Part shown: piece by piece, positions 60,301-64,000 of the stretch
How positions within the stretch are numbered: the stretch's first letter is position 1
How the letters are laid out: each line of letters begins with the position of its first letter
Assembly (NCBI GenBank): GCA_002633005.1
Contig: NMRA01000643.1
Location: forward strand, 62,001-126,000
DNA length: 64,000 nt
Origin: Phoronis australis
Lineage: Eukaryota > Animalia > Phoronida
Reading direction: 5' to 3'
Position numbers and translations under genes: made by a program
The notes under the pieces: model-generated
Database searches by the model: none
What the model was told of the DNA's origin: nothing
Seen by the model: the letters and a program-made list of their open reading frames with translations, nothing else

Positions 60301-63223
60301 TAAGAATATTATTGTTTTATGAAATGTAGAATATATATAGGTAAATAAAACAACAAGAATGGATCATTTTTTTCAAGTTAAAACTATTAATTTTGAAATC
60401 AATATTTACTCAGGGAAAAAAGTCTTTTGGTTGTATTTTTGTGAAATGGCTCGAACGGGAACGTTGGTAAAAATTATGGTTATGTAGGACCCTAATAAAA
60501 TTTAGAAATTTGGCCTAATTCGAAACGGATTCCCATGAAATTTCCAAGATATTATGCTTTATCCTCTATTCTCAAAATATTTGTTAGGGATTGTTTTAAA
60601 CGTTAAACTGTTGCATACAGGATTATCAAAAATAGGATTTTTGATTTTTTGGAAGAACTCATATGTGCATGAAACGAAAACGACATGATGATTTAGGAAA
60701 CTGTACGTCGTTTTTTGCGATCCATTTCATCTTAAAGACTTATGTCTAACGAATTGGGTAACGTTATTGCTACCGTTATTTTGCTATGAATGTACCTTTC
60801 TTTTTTTTGGTAAATTTTATTGGATGTGCATGGTCACTTGACCTAATGAACGGAAGATTCGTACAAAGTTACAGCCTTTCTACTTTCAGAAAAAGTACTG
60901 TAGGTATTTGTACATATTTGCATATCCTGAATACTAGTTAAGCGGTGTGTCATGCTCGGAGACATGTTTAACAGAAAAGAACGATTTTTAAATGTCTTAA
61001 AAGCAAAAAAGAGGGATGAAACAAAGAATAAGTGGTAATGTGTACAAATTCAAAGATAGTTTGTTAGTAGAACGTAACACAAACTTCTCATTGGATTTTT
61101 ACAAAATCCCGGGTATTTGTTTGAAATCACCCCCAGGAGGTGCTCAAAACTCTTTTTGCCGGGGTGTACTTTTGGGAAATTAGATGCATGTCTTTTCAGG
61201 GAGTCAATGCGTGAGTTGTCGAGTCACTAAATAATTTCCTCCTTTGGTATATACAATGAGTGTACAAGATTCTTCATTTTTTTACAGACAAAAACTGACA
61301 TACCTATAAGCGTTTTCGTGTCATCTTGTCAACTTACGCATTCTTATACTAAACCAACACAACTTTAGTTTGTCGAGATTGAATGCTGACAAGAGGACCC
61401 GAAAAAGTCAATAAGTACATCAGTTTTCGCCTGTGTCAAAAAGAACCTTATTTACTCAAAGTTAGCGAGAACGCATATGCGGCTAGATTGTGATAAATTG
61501 TAAAATCCTAGTTTTCATTAAATGTTTGTTGCATTTCGCCGTGTTTAGCTGGCTAAAAAGCGATAATCGAATTTGACATTTTAGTCTCATAAAATCGGTC
61601 TCATAACATTTCTTTCCGTAAGTACCAGGAACGTCTAAATCATCAACGACTCAATGGAACGCGTTGAGTTTATTGGGGTAGGCAACCCTAAAGTTACAGG
61701 TTCGAAAATGGCGCATGTGCAACACCCGGGTTATTAGACAATGATTCGAAATCGGATGAGTGTAGTAAATGCTTTCAAAGCCCAAAGTGCTTCGATTGGG
61801 GATTTAAAATTAGCAGCTAAACATGGACGAAATACACCTTTGAGAAATTCCAAAACATTGGACCCAAAATTCGAAACAACGAAAATTGCCGATATGGTTG
61901 ACACTTCATGTTGTTTTCAAGTTCCCTGTGATATTTCTCTCATTATCTTCTGCGAATTGAACTTTTTATCTTCAAATTGTTGATTCTGTGAGACAAAGTG
62001 TGACAATGAAGCTGATAATATTTGTTTACACAAATCAAGAACATGAAAAGTTAGCATTTTCAGAAGTCATAATTTGATTTATTTCTTTTTCGAAATTATT
62101 GTTTATGTTTCAATTTGTTGAGTTAGCGATTGATTGATTTCATTTATAAGATAATGTTTTCAGTGAGATTACAGTTATGAAGGTAACCGGTGAAAATAAA
62201 ATGATTTTAACTTTAGAATATTATCTCTTGAAATATAGGTTGTACTATAAAAGTGGTTTAAGAACGTGTGTCAGTGACACTACGTGGACCAGGGACTTAA
62301 TTGAAGCTTTTGGTGTTGACAAAGCTACAGACTTCGGAGTGAGCCAAAGTTTTAACACGTTATTCACCGAAAAGTCGTGGATATTCAACGGGGTGTTGTG
62401 GTCGCTGTCTGATGGTGTTAATAATCTTGAATCGGTTTTGGCATCACTTAGCAACTGCAAGACTCCGACCGGTGACCATTGGTCTGACAGCTATTCGGGT
62501 AAGTTTAGTGAATCAAAAGGGGTCATTTAAATATTCATTTTATGCACAATTGATGGGCGAAAGTGAAAAGAGCATTGAGAAGTCATTCCATTTGCTCCGT
62601 CATGAAACATTCTGTACGGTGTAGGCCTACTATAGTCTTCCTTCAGGATCTGTTGTTTGGACATAAAGAAACCGCTACCCATTGCCCTCTGGATCCTTAT
62701 AAATTGACGAAAAACGTTTACCCAGCAATTAGAAACATAGAAATCTGATATTGCACGTATATTGTGTACGGGGTTTGCACTATAGAAGTAGTTTAAAAAC
62801 GTGTGTCAGTGACACTACGTGGACCAGGGACTTAATTGAAGCTTTCGGTGTTGACAAAGTCACAGACTTTGGAGTTAGCCAGTTTTAACACGTTTTTTAC
62901 CGAGAAGTCGTGGATAGGGGACGTCAGCATGTGTAGCATATTGTCGACAGATGCAAGTTCTCTTTGTTTTGTCTCAGTTGAATGTCATGTTTGCTCGCAT
63001 TTTATCGTGTATTTAAGGAGGCTATCTTTATGCAAATGGTGTCCTCGGAACCAACGGGGGATGGGTTACGGTGTTTTGGGCATGTACTAATAATTACGCA
63101 AGCGTCGGAGACCAGGTTACGGTCCGCATAGGTGGAGGTTCGGGGCACACGGGAGAGTTTATTCACACGAGTTGCAACGACTATACAGTGAATCCAAACA
63201 ACAGAATCACGTGTCGCTGGTAA
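57072..63223 (+). CDS. Secreted protein: signal peptide, PAN/apple-like domain, fibrinogen-type CDMTxxGGGWT motif and an unrecognised Cys/Gly-rich C-terminal domain; exons 57072-57387, 59902-59938, 62239-62498, 63018-63219/63223
   Basis: MLVRAILCFFILYNL (hydrophobic N-terminus); SRMNCGQVCSRESDCDGFSH...ICELH...DWTYFE (PAN-type CxxxC...C..F...CxL). The exons join in frame as GSCP-V-CDMTSNGGGWT-R-LYYKSG...DSYS-G-GYLYANG...RITCRW. The end is either the read-through TAA at 63221-63223 or a further exon. Confidence 0.75.
59115..59439. mobile_element. Palindromic MITE, ~325 bp with ~80-bp arms
   Basis: GAATCTAATGCTGGAATTTGAAATA...GTCCGTCTCTCACGGACTTC is mirrored by GAAGTCCGTGAGAGACGGAC...TATTTCAAATTCCAGTATTAGATTC. 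Confidence 0.8.
59902..59938 (+). CDS. 37-nt micro-exon encoding VCDMTSNGGGWTR
   Basis: Acceptor ttttacag, donor AG|GTAGGT; fibrinogen-domain-type motif; phases 1 and 2 match the neighbouring exons. Confidence 0.75.
62239..62498 (+). CDS. Exon 3 of the PAN-domain gene
   Basis: LYYKSGLRTCVSDTTWTRDLIEAFG...SNCKTPTGDHWSDSYS; atatag / G|GTAAGT. Confidence 0.72.
62775..62916 (+). pseudogene. Decayed partial duplicate of exon 62239-62498
   Basis: About 90% identical to 62240-62383; acceptor AG absent; 2-nt deletion (AGCCAAAGT to AGCCAGT). Confidence 0.85.
63018..63223 (+). CDS. Exon 4 of the PAN-domain gene
   Basis: GYLYANGVLGTNGGWVTVFWACTNN...GEFIHTSCNDY...RITCRW; acceptor tttaag; open frame in the correct phase. 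Confidence 0.65.
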
Positions 63224-64000
63224 GTTTAAACATGGTCTTTGAGTTGAAAAATCTGAGACCTCCTCAGGGGCGTGCTGAATTACTTATGAGTGCCCCCCCC
63301 CCGAGACCATTTAAACCGAAGAAGTAAATTAATTTCGATTGAAACTTTTGCGGATTGACTCTACAGAATTTACCTTCACCCAGGGGCCCAGTCGGGAGCA
63401 GAGGACAATGCGTTACTCGCACACGGAAAACGGCCTGTTAAAGGACATCTACGGTATCAGAACAGATCAATTCAATTTTTACATAACCATGTATAACGAA
63501 CGATGCTTATCTAAATATTCTAAAAATTGAAAATTCGGTAACGCAATCCAATGAATTCAATATTCTCAGGATTTTGGTAACCCATGTAGGCCTAACTTGC
63601 GGATAACTGATTGACATTTTTTCATGGAATGTTAAAGCCATATGCATATAATGTCGCTGACTACCAGGGGAGACTCGACTATATTTTTGAGGGGATACAG
63701 CTGGCAAATTAGGGAATCCTCTGTCACATTTTTATCCGTGGATGGGTAGGCGCAAGTTGTTACCGACCGGTGCTCCTAGCTCTCTGTGCGAAGATAGTGT
63801 GAAAACTGGTTCGAGTTAATCGCTTTATTAATCTCGACCGTACGATCACAAGTCTATAAAACAAAACATCCGACGTAATGTCTGTTCTATGCTCCGTTTA
63901 GTACTGTGAAGTCTTGACTTGCGATGAACTTCTGAGACACTTCCAGCAACTGCTACACTCGTTGATTTAATAATGTGCAGTCTCTAAAGATGGCCCTGTA

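Overview
This is AT-rich, intron-rich animal genomic DNA, probably from an invertebrate, with no prokaryotic features. I built three spliced protein-coding genes by hand, with phase-consistent splice junctions. (1) A coronin on the minus strand, with 6 coding exons at 22207..367, continuing past the left edge. (2) A complete VAC14 on the plus strand, with 17 coding exons at 29463..51649 and about 736 aa. Its intron 14 is a clear minor-spliceosome (U12-type GT-AG) intron, and its promoter carries ETS and CLEAR-like E-box motifs. (3) A secreted protein at 57072..~63223 with a signal peptide, a PAN/apple-like domain, an isolated fibrinogen-type CDMTxxGGGWT micro-exon and a C-terminal domain I do not recognise. 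Introns and intergenic DNA hold many transposon relics: TA-flanked Tc1/mariner-type and PIF/Harbinger-type MITEs, an RLE-type non-LTR retrotransposon fragment, a decayed THAP domain next to a ~210-bp inverted repeat, Helentron-like hairpins and a 14-bp minisatellite that resembles a MITE TIR motif. Between coronin and VAC14 a set of strong minus-strand splice signals suggests an unannotated divergent transcript. I see no convincing new multi-gene system; the best leads are the minor-intron biology of VAC14, the divergent transcript and the orphan secreted protein.
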